A stretch of DNA of 64,000 nt from an uncultured Actinomycetes bacterium (GTDB lineage: Bacteria; Actinomycetota; Thermoleophilia; UBA2241). The stretch's first letter is position 1. Every line of letters starts with the position of its first letter. The stretch covers positions 64,001 through 128,000 of the forward strand of contig CAVYCN010000007.1 in the NCBI GenBank assembly GCA_963767005.1. The letters are read 5' to 3'. The notes under the pieces are model-generated. The model saw only the letters and a list, made by a program, of their open reading frames with translations. It did not search any database and was not told the DNA's origin. This document shows positions 23,137 to 34,500 of the stretch, in pieces. A program made the translations under genes and the position numbers.

Positions 23137-23291
23137 GCGCCCGAGCCGCCGACGAGCGGGAGCCGCCAACCCTGCGAGGGCCCAGGCGACCGCCGCCCGC
23201 CGACACGCCGGTGGAAGGAACGCCGCTTCGCCCGGTCGAATCACCGGCATGGTAGTATGCCCAGGCTCGAAGCAGCGGCCCGGAGGTGTCC

Positions 23292-24044
23292 ATGGCGGCT
23301 GATAGCCGAGAGCAGACGAGCGGCCCGTCGGGCGGCCCGAGGCAGCGCGGCCGCCGACGGCTCATCGCGCTGGTGCTCGTCGCCATCGTGGCCGCGGCGA
23401 CCGTCTACCTCGCTCTCAGACCCCGACCGCCGGCGCTCGACCGAGTCGACCGGATGGGCATCGCCGCCGCGATCGAGGCGAAGTGGGTCGCCGAAGGCCA
23501 GGTCCTGCCGCGGCGCTACGCCCAGGCGCATACCCCCATCCCCCAGGCGGTGCTCGACCGCATCCAGACGCGCTACCTGACGGCGCTGCGCGCCGTGGTG
23601 ACCCCCGAGTTCCTGGCACGTCGCTGGGCCGTGCTCGACTTGCGCAGGATCCTCTCCCGCCCGCGCAGCGACGGCGTGCTTATCCTCAGCAACGACTTCA
23701 GAGTGATGAGTGTCACGCCCCAGCGTCGGCTCGCGAACGGCGACCTCGTGGTCTGGGCGAAGGTCTGGGGCGGCAACGTCTTGCTCATGTACTCGAGTGG
23801 CAAGTGGGGCATCGGCGAGTCGGGGGTCGCAAGGGTCGACGACACGCCCGTATGGCAGTACCAGATGCGCAAGGTCGCGGGCCGCTGGCGGATCGTCTCC
23901 GAAAGCCTCGTGTTCAACTCCGAGGACGACTCGCCCGCCTACGGACCCAACACGAAGCACTGGGTGGCCGAGCAGAAGCTGACCAAGGGTGACGAGGGGC
24001 TGTACCTCGGCTCGCCATCGCCCGAGCCGCCGCCGTCCACATGA
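23292..24044 (+). CDS. Hypothetical membrane-anchored exported protein
   Basis: GGAGG RBS, basic N-terminus and one TM helix; coding-like codon usage. Confidence 0.7.
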   Translation: MAADSREQTSGPSGGPRQRGRRRLIALVLVAIVAAATVYLALRPRPPALDRVDRMGIAAAIEAKWVAEGQVLPRRYAQAHTPIPQAVLDRIQTRYLTALRAVVTPEFLARRWAVLDLRRILSRPRSDGVLILSNDFRVMSVTPQRRLANGDLVVWAKVWGGNVLLMYSSGKWGIGESGVARVDDTPVWQYQMRKVAGRWRIVSESLVFNSEDDSPAYGPNTKHWVAEQKLTKGDEGLYLGSPSPEPPPST

Positions 24045-24208
24045 GCCGCCGACCCGGGCCGCCGCCGTCCGCCTGAGCCGCTGACCTTCACGACGCTGTC
24101 TGGACGTCCCTGAGGTCGACCCGCGCGGCCAGCGCACCGTCGGGCGACGCGCCGGGGCACCGGTTGTAGCATTGGCAGACCCGAAGACGACCCAGGAAGG
24201 CGCTCCCC

Positions 24209-25801
24209 ATGACCCCTGACGGCGTGCTGTGGCCCGACGAAGCGATCGAGGCGATGAGCCGCGCGGCGCGCGAGATCCTCGCCCGCGTCGGCGTGAAGGT
24301 CGACTCGAGCGACGCGGTGCGCGCGCTCGAGGCGGCGGGCTGCGCGCCCGGCCAGGCCGGGCGCGTGCTCATGCCCGCCGCCGTCGTCGAGCGCGCGCTG
24401 GCCGCCGTGCCGCCGGCCTTCACGCTGCTCGCCCGCGACCCGGCCGGGGCGCTGCCCGTGTCGCCGGCGCCGACCGCCACCTTCGTCCACAACAGCGGCG
24501 AAGACCCCAACGTCGCCGACCCGCTGAGCGGCGTGAACCGGCCGGCCACCATCGTCGACCAGCGCCTCGCGGCCCGCGTCATGCACCGGCTGCGCTACCC
24601 GCAGAGCGTCAACTCGCTGTTCTGGCCCTCCGACGTACCGCCCGACCTGCAGCCGCTCTACTCCTACCTCGCCCTCGCCCTCGAGACCGACAAGCATCTG
24701 GGCTCGCCCTGCGTCGACTACGGCTGGCAGGTCGCGCCGCTCGTCGCCATGGCCGACGCGGTCGTCGCCGCCGGTCGCACCCAGAGCGGCGCCGGCGCGA
24801 GCGGCGGCCCTGCGGACGACACGACCGGCGCCGACCAGGCGGCCGGCGCGATCGTCGGCCCCGCCGTCGCCCTCGACGTGTCGTTCTCGCCGGTCAGCCC
24901 GCTGCACCTGCCGGCCGACGTCTGCGGCGGCCTGATCGCGGCCGCCGCATGCGGCGCCGCCGTCATGGTCCTGCCCTGCCCCATGGGCGGCACTACGGCG
25001 CCGGCCTCGCTGGCCGGCGGCCTCGCCCAGCAGCACGCCGAGGTGCTCGCCGGCGTCGTCCTGATCCAGACCCTGCGGCCCGGCGCGCCCTGCGTCGCCG
25101 GCGTGCGGCTGGGCCCGGCCCACCCTCGCACCGGCGGCTACCTCGGCGGCGCGCCCGAGGGCGCCGTCGTCTCGCTCGGCGCCACGCAGCTCGCCCGCCG
25201 CGACGGCCTGGCCTGCGACTGCTACGGGCCCACGACCGGCTCGCCGGTCCTCGACCTGCAGGCGGGCCTCGACCACGCCCTCACGCTCACCCTGAGCGCC
25301 CTGGCTCAGCCGCGCTTCCTGTCGGGCTGTGGCACGATGCAGGGCACGGCGACTTGCCTCGAGGCGCTCGTCGTCCACGACCAGCTCTTCGCCGCGCTCT
25401 TCAACGGACTCACTCCGCGGCCGTGCGACGACGAGGCGCTCGCGGTCGACGTCGTGGCCGACGCCGTCCTGTCCGGCAAGGGCTTCCTGGGCTCGAGCCA
25501 CACGCGGCGCCACCTGCGCCGCGACGTCGAGCAGCCGCTGCTGGGCTTTCGCGGCGGCATCGACGAGTGGCTCGCCTCGGGTCGCACGAGCCTGGTCGAC
25601 GAGGCTCGCGAGCGCGTCGCCGAGCTCGTCGCCGCGGCCCCGCTCGGCCTGCCCGACGACGTCGCAGCCGAGCTCTGCCGCGTGATCGACGACACCGCCC
25701 GGGCGCGGAGCCTCGGGTCGTGGCCCGATCCGCGCCGCCTGCTGGTCGAGCCGAGCCCCGCCCGGCGAGATCAGGCAGGCGCCGACGTCACGCCGGCCTG
25801 A
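24209..25801 (+). CDS. Trimethylamine methyltransferase family protein (MttB, non-pyrrolysine)
   Basis: ILARVGVKV, FTLLARDP, SPVSPL, MGGTTAPASLAGGLAQQHAEVLAGVVLIQ, GAPEG, DLQAG and FLGSSHT. No in-frame TAG. Confidence 0.85.
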   Translation: MTPDGVLWPDEAIEAMSRAAREILARVGVKVDSSDAVRALEAAGCAPGQAGRVLMPAAVVERALAAVPPAFTLLARDPAGALPVSPAPTATFVHNSGEDPNVADPLSGVNRPATIVDQRLAARVMHRLRYPQSVNSLFWPSDVPPDLQPLYSYLALALETDKHLGSPCVDYGWQVAPLVAMADAVVAAGRTQSGAGASGGPADDTTGADQAAGAIVGPAVALDVSFSPVSPLHLPADVCGGLIAAAACGAAVMVLPCPMGGTTAPASLAGGLAQQHAEVLAGVVLIQTLRPGAPCVAGVRLGPAHPRTGGYLGGAPEGAVVSLGATQLARRDGLACDCYGPTTGSPVLDLQAGLDHALTLTLSALAQPRFLSGCGTMQGTATCLEALVVHDQLFAALFNGLTPRPCDDEALAVDVVADAVLSGKGFLGSSHTRRHLRRDVEQPLLGFRGGIDEWLASGRTSLVDEARERVAELVAAAPLGLPDDVAAELCRVIDDTARARSLGSWPDPRRLLVEPSPARRDQAGADVTPA

Positions 25802-25828
25802 GCGCCGACGCCGCCGGCGCTCGGCGGC

Positions 25829-26248
25829 TCACCCGGTCACCCGCACCACCACGCGCCAGGCGATCGCCAGGCCGGCGAGGGCCATCGCCGCCAGGGCGAC
25901 GATCGCCTGCTCGTCCACGACCCGACGGAAGCGCGCCCCATCGCCCCGCACCTCGATGAAGCCGACCGGCGCCACGGCCACGCCACCGCCACCGCCGCCG
26001 CCCTCCGGTCCGGGCGGCCGCTCAGCCAGCGCCTCGCCGGCCCTGGCGGGCGGATGACCGCCGCCCCCGCCGAAGCCCCAGCGCGCTTTCGCCACGGGGA
26101 TGACGGTGACGTCGCCGCGCTCCACCGGCGCTCCGAACACCGCCGTGGCGTGGGCGCTCGAGCCGAGCTTGTCGGCCAGGCGCTCCACGAGACGCACCGG
26201 CGGTGGCGGTGGCGGGCCGATCGGTGCCGCGCTGCTCGCTGCTTCCAT
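25829..26248 (-). CDS. GerW/YtfJ family protein
   Basis: VFGAPVERGDVTVIPVA..GFGGGGG..GGGGGG..PVGFIEV; GGAGG RBS. Confidence 0.85.
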   Translation of the reverse strand: MEAASSAAPIGPPPPPPVRLVERLADKLGSSAHATAVFGAPVERGDVTVIPVAKARWGFGGGGGHPPARAGEALAERPPGPEGGGGGGGVAVAPVGFIEVRGDGARFRRVVDEQAIVALAAMALAGLAIAWRVVVRVTG

Positions 26249-26406
26249 GGATGCCTCCCACCCATTGCCTTCCAGCCGTCGTACAGAGAAGATCGACCGG
26301 TCGGCGAGCCGCCATGCCGTTCGTCTGGCCGGCAGGCCGCGGGTTTCCCGACGGTCGCGAAACGGCAACAGTACTCGCGACGGCGACACGAAAAGGGTGG
26401 TGGCGC

Positions 26407-27168
26407 GTGGAGAGTGACGGCAGGACGAGCATTGCTGCATCTCGTTTCGACGCCGTCGTGTTCGACATGGACGGCGTCGTCACGCAGACCGCGACCGTGC
26501 ACGCCGCTGCCTGGAAGGCGCTCTTCGACGGCTATCTCAAGGAGCGCTCGGCGCGCACCGGCGAGCCTTTCAAGCCGTTCGACGTCGAGGCCGACTACCT
26601 GCCGTACGTCGACGGCAAGCCGCGCTACGACGGCGTGCGCGACTTCCTGGCCTCGCGCGGCGTCACGCTGCCGTGGGGCACTCCCTCCGACACCCCGGAC
26701 ACCGAGACCGTCTGCGGCCTGGGCAACCGCAAGAACGACTTCTTCCTGCGTGAGGTCGCCGAACACGGCGTGCAGGCCTTCCCCACCACGGTCACCCTGA
26801 TCCGCCGGCTCCACGAGGCCGGCGTCGAGACGGCCATCATCTCGGCGAGCAAGAACACGACCGCCATCCTGCAGGCCGCGGGCGTGGCCGACCTGTTCGC
26901 CGCCCAGGTCGACGGCGCGGTGGCCGAGCAGCGCGGGCTGCGCGGCAAGCCCGACCCGGCGGTGTTCGTCGAGGCGGCCCGCGAGCTCGGGGTGGTGCCG
27001 CCGCGAGCCGTCGTCGTCGAAGACGCCGAGGCTGGGGTCGAAGCCGGCCACAGGGGCGGCTTCGGCCTCGTGATCGGCGTCGACCGCGCGGACCACGCCG
27101 ACGCCCTGCGCCGCCACGGCGCCGACGTGGTCGTGAAGGACCTCGGCGAGGTCACGGTCACAGGGTAG
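26407..27168 (+). CDS. Beta-phosphoglucomutase-like HAD hydrolase
   Basis: FDMDGVVT, DGKPRYDGVR.FL.SR, GKPDPA and VVEDA. Confidence 0.9.
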   Translation: MESDGRTSIAASRFDAVVFDMDGVVTQTATVHAAAWKALFDGYLKERSARTGEPFKPFDVEADYLPYVDGKPRYDGVRDFLASRGVTLPWGTPSDTPDTETVCGLGNRKNDFFLREVAEHGVQAFPTTVTLIRRLHEAGVETAIISASKNTTAILQAAGVADLFAAQVDGAVAEQRGLRGKPDPAVFVEAARELGVVPPRAVVVEDAEAGVEAGHRGGFGLVIGVDRADHADALRRHGADVVVKDLGEVTVTG

Positions 27169-27223
27169 GCAGTCCGGTCCGGCGCGGGGCGGCGCGATCG
27201 GCGAGACGCCCGCCGGCGCGGGG

Positions 27224-28498
27224 TCAGGCCACGAACAGCCAGAGCGCGAAGCGCCCCGTCAGGTAGACGAGTGCGGCGCTCGATCCGATCAGCAGCACCG
27301 TGCGCAGCGTGCGACGCCGCTCGGTGGCCACGCCGAGCGACGCGAAGAGCGGGAACGCGCAGAGCACGAAGCGCGGCATCGACATGAGGGGGATCTGGGC
27401 GCGCGGCTGCAGCAGCGGCACGACGATCAGGGTGGCGGCGTAGACGGTCCAGGTGGACGGCAACCGGCGCCAGCCGACGAGCAGCGCCCACACCGCGAAG
27501 ACGAGCGCGAGGAACGAGATCAGGTTGACCACGGCGATCTCGTGCTGCACGAACGACAGCGCCTGCCCCGGGTAGGCCTGCAGCAGCGGCGCGGACCTGC
27601 CGGTCGCGATGTACCGCACGGCATACCAGGCGGCGCGGGTGGCATGCCAGACGGTGGTGACCGGCGACGTCAGCTCCCGACCCCACTCGCTCTCCTGCGT
27701 CGACCAGGCGACCGGGTCGCCGCCCACCCGCCACAGGTACAGACAGTAGCCGAGCAGACCGAGCGGCGGCAGCAGGAGCGCGGTGGCGCGCGCGCCACCG
27801 CGCCGGGCCGCCGCCTTGCCGCCGCCGAAGTAGGTCATCAGCAGGGGCACGAGCAGCAGGATGCCGGTGACCCGGGTCAGCGTGGCGAGCAGGGCGGCCA
27901 CGCCGGCCAGCACGAGCCGGTCGCGGCGCAGGAACCAGAAGCAGGCGAGCGACAGCATGAGCAGGAGCGACTCGCTGTAGACGGCCTGAAAGAAGAACGA
28001 GGTCGGAAACAGCGACAGGAAGGCGACCGCGCAGAGCGCCGCGCGGTGTCCGGCCTCGCGCTCGACCAGGCTGTAGAGCAGCAGGGCGGCGATGAGGAAG
28101 CAGACGGTCGAGACGGCGATCCCGGCGAGCTCGTACCGGTGAGCGGCAAGCAGCGCGACGGCCCGCAGCGCCAACGGGTAGAGCGGGAAGAACGTGGCGT
28201 TCTGGCCGGCGGGATAGCCGGCCACGGCGACGTGCAGGAACCAGACGCCGTCGTAGTGGGCGAGCGGGTCGAGGGTGTCGCCGAGCACGCCGTGGAAGGC
28301 CTCGGCCACCGCCGGGTAGCGCAGCGCCGGGTTGACCGCGTGAGCCGTGAACAGGCGGGTCGTCGCCAGGCACGCGGCGGCGACCAGCAGCCGCGACGCG
28401 AGCGCCACGCCGAGCGCCGCGAGCGCCCAGCGGTCGGTCAGACCGGCGATCGCGGAGCGCGATCGCGAGCGTCGTCGATGTAGGGTCTCGACCGTCAT
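27224..28498 (-). CDS. GT-C mannosyltransferase (PIG-V family)
   Basis: HYDGVWFL.VA..GY, FFPLYP, AVYSESL, TRVTG and SMPRF; multiple TM segments. Confidence 0.85.
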   Translation of the reverse strand: MTVETLHRRRSRSRSAIAGLTDRWALAALGVALASRLLVAAACLATTRLFTAHAVNPALRYPAVAEAFHGVLGDTLDPLAHYDGVWFLHVAVAGYPAGQNATFFPLYPLALRAVALLAAHRYELAGIAVSTVCFLIAALLLYSLVEREAGHRAALCAVAFLSLFPTSFFFQAVYSESLLLMLSLACFWFLRRDRLVLAGVAALLATLTRVTGILLLVPLLMTYFGGGKAAARRGGARATALLLPPLGLLGYCLYLWRVGGDPVAWSTQESEWGRELTSPVTTVWHATRAAWYAVRYIATGRSAPLLQAYPGQALSFVQHEIAVVNLISFLALVFAVWALLVGWRRLPSTWTVYAATLIVVPLLQPRAQIPLMSMPRFVLCAFPLFASLGVATERRRTLRTVLLIGSSAALVYLTGRFALWLFVA

Positions 28499-28590
28499 CA
28501 GCCTCGCCCCCTCTTTCGACACGAGCACGCCATCTCCTGAGTCGCACGACCACGCCGGGCGACTCGCGGGCGGTCCCGGGTTTGAACCGC

Positions 28591-28632
28591 TTGACACGAG
28601 GAAAAGATGTGTCACGATATATCGCGATACGT
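28591..28632 (+). promoter_or_regulatory. padR promoter with a palindromic operator
   Basis: TTGACA at 28591-96 and imperfect palindrome ATGTGTCA-CGATATATCG-CGATACGT over the -10 region. Confidence 0.6.
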
Positions 28633-28662
28633 ACGCGAACCATCCGACCGGTGGAGGAGATC

Positions 28663-29322
28663 ATGACCATGTACGAGGAATCCCAGGGCGGGTCCGGCCC
28701 GGCCGAAGGTGGACCCGGCGAGGGCGGTTTCGGCGGCGAGGGCGGCCCGGGCGGCTTCGGCGGCGAGGGCGGCTTCGGCCGCTGGGCGCGCGGCGGACCC
28801 GGCGAGCGCCGCTTCCGCGAGGGCCACGGCCACTGCGGACCACGCGGTTTCGGGCCCCACGGCTTCGGCCCTCACGGTCGCGCCCGGCGCGGCAACGTGC
28901 GGGCCGCCATCCTGGCCGTGCTGGCCGAGCAGCCCATGCACGGCTACGAGATCATGCAGCAGCTCGAGTCGCGTAGCGGTGGCATCTGGCGGCCCAGCCC
29001 GGGCTCGGTCTACCCCACGCTCCAGCTCCTCGAGGACCAGGCCCTGATCAAGGGCGAGGACGTCGAGGGCCGTCGCGTGTTCTCGCTGACCGACGAGGGC
29101 AAGGCCGAGGCCGAGACGATCACCCAGCAGGGCTCGCCGTGGGCGAGTCCCGAGGGCGGTCCCGGCGGCGCCCGATTCAAGCTGCGCGGCGGGATCAAGC
29201 AGCTCATGGCGGCCGTCATGCAGATCGGCGCAGCAGGCTCGCAGGAGCAGATCGACAAGACCCTCGAGATCCTCGCCGAGGCGCGCAAGCGCATCTACGC
29301 TCTACTCGCCGAAGACGCCTGA
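28663..29322 (+). CDS. PadR family transcriptional regulator with a Gly-rich N-terminus
   Basis: RRGNVRAAILAVLAEQPMHGYEIMQ..WRPSPGSVYPTLQLLED; GGAGGA RBS. Confidence 0.93.
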   Translation: MTMYEESQGGSGPAEGGPGEGGFGGEGGPGGFGGEGGFGRWARGGPGERRFREGHGHCGPRGFGPHGFGPHGRARRGNVRAAILAVLAEQPMHGYEIMQQLESRSGGIWRPSPGSVYPTLQLLEDQALIKGEDVEGRRVFSLTDEGKAEAETITQQGSPWASPEGGPGGARFKLRGGIKQLMAAVMQIGAAGSQEQIDKTLEILAEARKRIYALLAEDA

Positions 29323-29329
29323 GCTTCGT

Positions 29330-29413
29330 GCGGGGCCGGCCGGCGAAGCGCCGGCCGGCCCCGCGTCGCGAGCGACGGGCGCGGGCCGGGCAAGCCCGGC
29401 CCGCGCCCGTCGC
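29330..29413. terminator. Two adjacent long hairpins between convergent padR and kinase genes
   Basis: A 16-bp stem at 29330-29364 and a ~20-bp stem at 29372-29413. Confidence 0.6.
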
Positions 29414-29429
29414 GCTCCCGCCCGACTTC

Positions 29430-31154
29430 TTAGAGGGCCGCCACCCAGATGGCGACGCCGGCGCCGCGCGCGACGAGCGTCCCCGCGGAGGGCCGCTGGC
29501 GCACGACGTCGCCGGGGAACGTGCCGAGGCCGAGCGTGTCGTGGACCTGGACGCTGAACCCGGCGTGACGCAGCGCGGCGGCGGCACTGTCGCCCGACGC
29601 GCCCACGACGTCGGGTACCACGACCTTCGCCGGGCCGCTGCTCACCCAGTAGCGTACGGTGCTCCCACGCAGCAGGCTGGTCGCGGTCGCGGGACTCTGC
29701 GCGACGACGCGCCCGCTCGGCACGGTGGTCGAGTGCCGCGACAGACGCCACGGCACGAAGCCGGCCGCGCGCAGGGCGGCGGCCGCGGCGCCCGCGCTCA
29801 GATCGACGACTCCGGGCACCGGCGGGTGCAGCAGGCCGCGGCTCACGACGAGCTGGACTGCCGCGCCCTTCTGCAGCGGCGTGCCGGCGGCCGGCCGTTC
29901 GGCCATGACCGTCCCGCGCGGATGCATGTCCGACAAGCCGCTCGAGAGCCCCACGACGAACCCCTTGTGGCGCAACGCGGCGACGGCCGGCGCCCGCGAC
30001 AGGCCGACGACGGACGGCAGCGGGTGCGCCCGATCCGCCAAGCCGCGGTACACGAGCGCTCCTGCCGCCCCGGCCGCGACGAGACCAAGCGCCACGACGA
30101 GCAGGACGAGCCGGCGGCGACGGCGCGGGCGGACACGTGCCGCAGCGACCCGCGTCGCCGCGGTGACGCCGGGCGCGGCGACCACGGTGAGCGCCGTCCC
30201 GGAAGCGACGCGCGTGGCCGGCGCCGACGCTTTGACGAGGGCCTCGGACGCGGCCGCCGGTGACGCGACCGGTCCGCCTGGTGCGGCCCGCTCATCCAAC
30301 GCGACCGGCGAGCCGGCGCCGAGCTGGAGCCCGTCGAGGGCCCGCGTGAAGTCGCGCGCCGTCTGGAAGCGCGCCGCCGGGTCCTTGGCGAGCGCCCTGG
30401 CCACGATGGCGTCGAGGGCCGGCGGCAGGCCGGGAACGAGCTCGCTCGGGGCCGCCGGGGGCTCGGTCGCGTGGCGCAAGGCGATCGCGACGTCGCTGTC
30501 GCCGTCGAACGGCAGGCGGCCGCTGAGCATCTCGAACAGCACGACGCCGGCGGAGTACAGGTCGGAGCGCGCGTCCGCGGGCTCGCCGCGCGCCTGCTCG
30601 GGCGAGAGATAGCGTGACGTGCCCATGACGACGCCGGTCGCCGTGAGCTCGGACGACCCGAAGCGGGCGATGCCGAAGTCGGCGACCTTCACGCGGCCGT
30701 CGGGCGCGAGCAGCACGTTGTGGGCGGTCACGTCCCGGTGGACGATGCCGTGCTCGTGGGCCGCCTGGAGCGCGGCGAGAAGGCCGCGCTCGACGCGGCA
30801 CGCGTCGGCCGGTGCGAGCCGGCCGCGACGCGCGATGAGCTGCTCGAGCGCCTCGCCCGGCACGTACTCCATCACGATGAACGACGTACCGTCGGCGCCG
30901 ACCCGGTCGTGGATGGCGACGACGTTCGGGTGGTTCAGGGCCGCCGCCGCCCGCGCCTCGCGCTGGAAACGCTCCACGAAGGCGGCGTCATCGGCGAATC
31001 GGGTACGCAGCACCTTGAGGGCCACGGGCCGCGCCAGCACGCCGTCGGTGGCCAGGAAGACTTCGGCCATGCCGCCGCCGCCGAGTCGTCGTTCGACGCG
31101 ATATCGGCCGTCGATCAGCCGACCGGCGCGGACGGACGCGGCGGCGGAGCTCAC
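29430..31154 (-). CDS. Ser/Thr protein kinase with PASTA domains (PknB-like)
   Basis: LGGGGMAEV, VALK, HRDV, DFG, YLSPEQARG, a TM helix and three PASTA repeats. Start is tentative. Confidence 0.92.
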   Translation of the reverse strand: MSSAAASVRAGRLIDGRYRVERRLGGGGMAEVFLATDGVLARPVALKVLRTRFADDAAFVERFQREARAAAALNHPNVVAIHDRVGADGTSFIVMEYVPGEALEQLIARRGRLAPADACRVERGLLAALQAAHEHGIVHRDVTAHNVLLAPDGRVKVADFGIARFGSSELTATGVVMGTSRYLSPEQARGEPADARSDLYSAGVVLFEMLSGRLPFDGDSDVAIALRHATEPPAAPSELVPGLPPALDAIVARALAKDPAARFQTARDFTRALDGLQLGAGSPVALDERAAPGGPVASPAAASEALVKASAPATRVASGTALTVVAAPGVTAATRVAAARVRPRRRRRLVLLVVALGLVAAGAAGALVYRGLADRAHPLPSVVGLSRAPAVAALRHKGFVVGLSSGLSDMHPRGTVMAERPAAGTPLQKGAAVQLVVSRGLLHPPVPGVVDLSAGAAAAALRAAGFVPWRLSRHSTTVPSGRVVAQSPATATSLLRGSTVRYWVSSGPAKVVVPDVVGASGDSAAAALRHAGFSVQVHDTLGLGTFPGDVVRQRPSAGTLVARGAGVAIWVAAL

Positions 31155-31336
31155 CTGACCTGGGTCGCGCTCCTCGAGCGCGGGAGGCTCGTCGGTCAAG
31201 CCGGGGCACCTCTCGTGGGGTGAACGATAGGGGGCGGCCGCGTGGTGTGAGGCTGGCGGGCCGCTCCCGCTCCGTGGAGTCTTGTCGCAGTGTAGGGCAT
31301 CGCGGCGGAGCCGTCGCCCCGGCACCGTTTCGGCGC

Positions 31337-31364
31337 TTGACACGAACACGTGTTCGTTTATACT
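31337..31364 (+). promoter_or_regulatory. Sigma-A promoter with a LexA (SOS) box
   Basis: TTGACA (31337-42), CGAACACGTGTTCG (31343-56), TATACT (31359-64). Confidence 0.9.
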
Positions 31365-31505
31365 GGGCCCGTTCGGGGGAGAAAGAGCGCCACAGACAGG
31401 CCTCGAGCCGCCCCCGACGGGCCGGTCTTCGGTCACGCCGCGCGACCGGCCGGTGGGCTCCTTGCGGCGTCACCTCTCCCTGTACGGCTCGAGCCGGGTG
31501 CACCC

Positions 31506-34500
31506 ATGAGCTTCGTCCACCTTCACCTGCACACCAACTTCTCGCTCGGCGACGGCGCCGGCCGCATCGACGAGCTCGTGGCCGCCGCCAAGCGGGCGGG
31601 CATGCCGGCCCTGGCGATCACCGACCACGACGGCCTCTACGGCGCCGTGCGCTTCTACCAGGCCTGCAAGGCGGCCGGCATCAAGCCCATCGTCGGCGTC
31701 GAGATCGCCGTCGAATCGATCCTCGGCTCGGCGGCGCCCGAGGCCGCGACCCCCGACCACGCCGCGGCCGCCGCCATGGCCGCCGCGGCCGCCGAGGGCG
31801 CCCTCGTCCCCCACGTCTCCACGACCGACCTCGCCCCCTCGCCGCCGCGCGGCCAGTTCGCCGCGGCCGGCTACCATCTCGTGCTGCTGGCCCGCGACTA
31901 CCAGGGCTGGTCGCAGCTCTGCCGCATCGTCAGCGCCGCCCATCTCGAGCACCGCGGCGCGGCGCCCGTCGCCCGCGTCGCCACGATCGCCGCCGAGCAC
32001 GACCACCTGATCGCCCTGTCGGGCTGCCGGCGCGGCGAGGTGAGCGCCCTGCTGGCCGCCGGCGACCAGCGGGGCGCCCGCCGCGCCGCGCGCCGCTACG
32101 CCGCGCTCTTCGCGCCCGGCGACTTCTTCATCGAGCTCATCGACGAGCTCACGCCCGACTCGGCCGGCTACGTTCAGCGCCTCGACCTGCTGGCCCGCGA
32201 GCTGCGCCTGCCCACGGTGGCCACCAACGACGTGCACTACCTCACACCGGCCGACGCGCCGCTGCACGACATCCTCGCCGCCGAGGCCGCCAACCAGCCG
32301 CTGCCCAACCCGCTCGGGCGGCGCAACAGCGAGCTCTCCCTCAAAAGCCCGGCCCAGATGTGGCGCCTCTTCTCGCGCTACCCGCAGGCCTACCGCAACG
32401 CCACGCGCATCGCCGCGCGCTGCAACCTCGATCTCGGCCTGGGCCGCCTGCTGTTCCCGGCCTACCCCCTGCCGCCCGGCGAGACCGCCTACTCGCTGCT
32501 TTGCAAGCACTGCTTCGCCGGCGCCGCCGCACGCTACAGCCCGGTCACGCCCGAGGTGCTCGAGCGCCTCGAACGCGAGCTCAAGGTCATCGAGGAGCTC
32601 GGCTTTGCCGAGTACTTCCTGGCGGTGCGCGACATCGTCGAGTTCACCCGCGGCCGCGGCATCTACTACTCGGGGCGCGGCTCGGCCGGCAACAGCATCG
32701 TGAGCTACGTGCTGCGCATCACCGACGCCGACCCCATCAGAAACGACCTGCTCTTCGAGCGCTTCCTCAACCCCGCCCGGCGCGAGATGCCCGACATCGA
32801 CATCGACTTCGAGTCGGCCCGCCGCGACGAGGTCATCGAGTACATCTACGAGCGCTTCGGCCACGACCGCGTCGCGATGGTCGCCAACGTCAACACGGTG
32901 CGCGCGCCGTCGGCCGTGCGCATCGTGGCACGCGCCTTCGACTTTCGCCCCGACGAGATCGACGCCCTGTCGCGCAAGGTGCCCTGGGGCAGCGCCGCCC
33001 ACCTGTCCGAGATGCTGGCCGAGCGCCCCGAGCTTGCCGGGCACGAGTTCCAGAGCCCCCACTACAGCCGCCTCGTCCACCTGGCCGAGCGCCTCGCCGG
33101 CTTTCCCTACATCCTCGGCACGCACCTCGGCGGCTTCATCCTCTCGCGCGACCCCATCACCGACCGCGTGCCGCTGCAGTGGGCGGCCAAGGGCGTGATC
33201 GTCGCCCAGTTCAACAAGGACGACATCGAGACCCTCGGCCTCGTCAAGATGGACATCCTCGGTCTGCGCATGCACAGCGCGATCGCCGAGACGGTGCGGC
33301 TCATCGAGGCGCGCACCGGTGAGCACGTGTCGGCCTGGGAGCTGCCGCGCGACGACCCCGCCGTCTACAAGCTGATCAGCGAGGCGCGCACGATCGGCGT
33401 GTTCCAGCTCGAAAGCTCGGGCCAGCGCAACCTCGCCACGCGGCTACGCGAGAAGACCTTCGACGACGTGATCGCGGCCATCTCGCTGTTCCGCCCGGGC
33501 CCGCTGCAGGCCGAGATGATCGGCCCCTTCATCCGCCGCCGCCATGGTCGCGAGAAGGCGGTGGTGCCCTACCCCGACCTGTGGCCGGCGCTCAAGGGCA
33601 CCTACGGCGTGATCCTCTACCAGGAACAGGTGATCGAGGTCGCCAGCATCATCGCCGGCTTCAGCCTGGCCGACGCCGACCTGCTGCGCCGCGCCATGAC
33701 CCACGATCGCTCGCTCACCGAGATGGACGAGATCGGCCGTGACTTCGTCGACAAGGCGGTGGCGCGCGGCGTGCCGCGCGCGGCCGCCGAAGAGACCTTC
33801 CGCCAGCTCCGCGGCTTTGCCGCCTACGGCTTCAACAAGGCCCACGCCGCCTGCTTCGCCGTGGTCTGCAACGCGAGCGCCTGGCTCAAGGCGCACTACC
33901 CCGCCGAGTTCTTCTGCGGCCTGCTCGACAACCAGCCCATGGGCTTCTACTCGCCGCGGGTGGTGGTAAACGACGCGCGCCGCTGGGGCCTCGACGTGCT
34001 GCCGGTCGAGGTCAACGCGAGCCTGCCCGGTTTCTCGGTCGAGCGCGACGGGCGCGCCCTGCGCGTCGGCCTGGCCTACGTCAAGGAGATGAGCGGCGCG
34101 GCCGCCGCGGCGATCGTCGCCGGGCGCGCCCCCGAGCGCGGCGGTTCCTACCGCTCGCTGCCCGACTTCTGCCGGCGCGCCCGGGTGAGCGTCGAGATCG
34201 TCGTCAACCTCGTACGCGTCGGCGCCTTCGACGGCCTCGGCGCCCGCCGCGAGGAGCTGCTCGTACAGGTGCCGCTCGTGCACGCGCAGGTCATGGGCAC
34301 CGTGGCCTCTCGCGGCGGGCGGGCGGCGGGCGGGGGAGGGGGTCCTGGCCGCGGCTTCGTCGCCGCGTCGCCTGCGCCGGCGGCAGGACCGCCCGGCGAG
34401 GCGCTGCGCCTGGCGATCGACGACCGGCTCGGCGAGCTGTCGTTCGTGCCGTCGTGGAGCCCGCGCGAGCGGGTCGCCGTCGAGCTCGAGGTGCTCGGCC

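Noticed and set aside
24209-25801. Pyrrolysine recoding in MttB
   Set aside because: The ORF is uninterrupted and ends in TGA.
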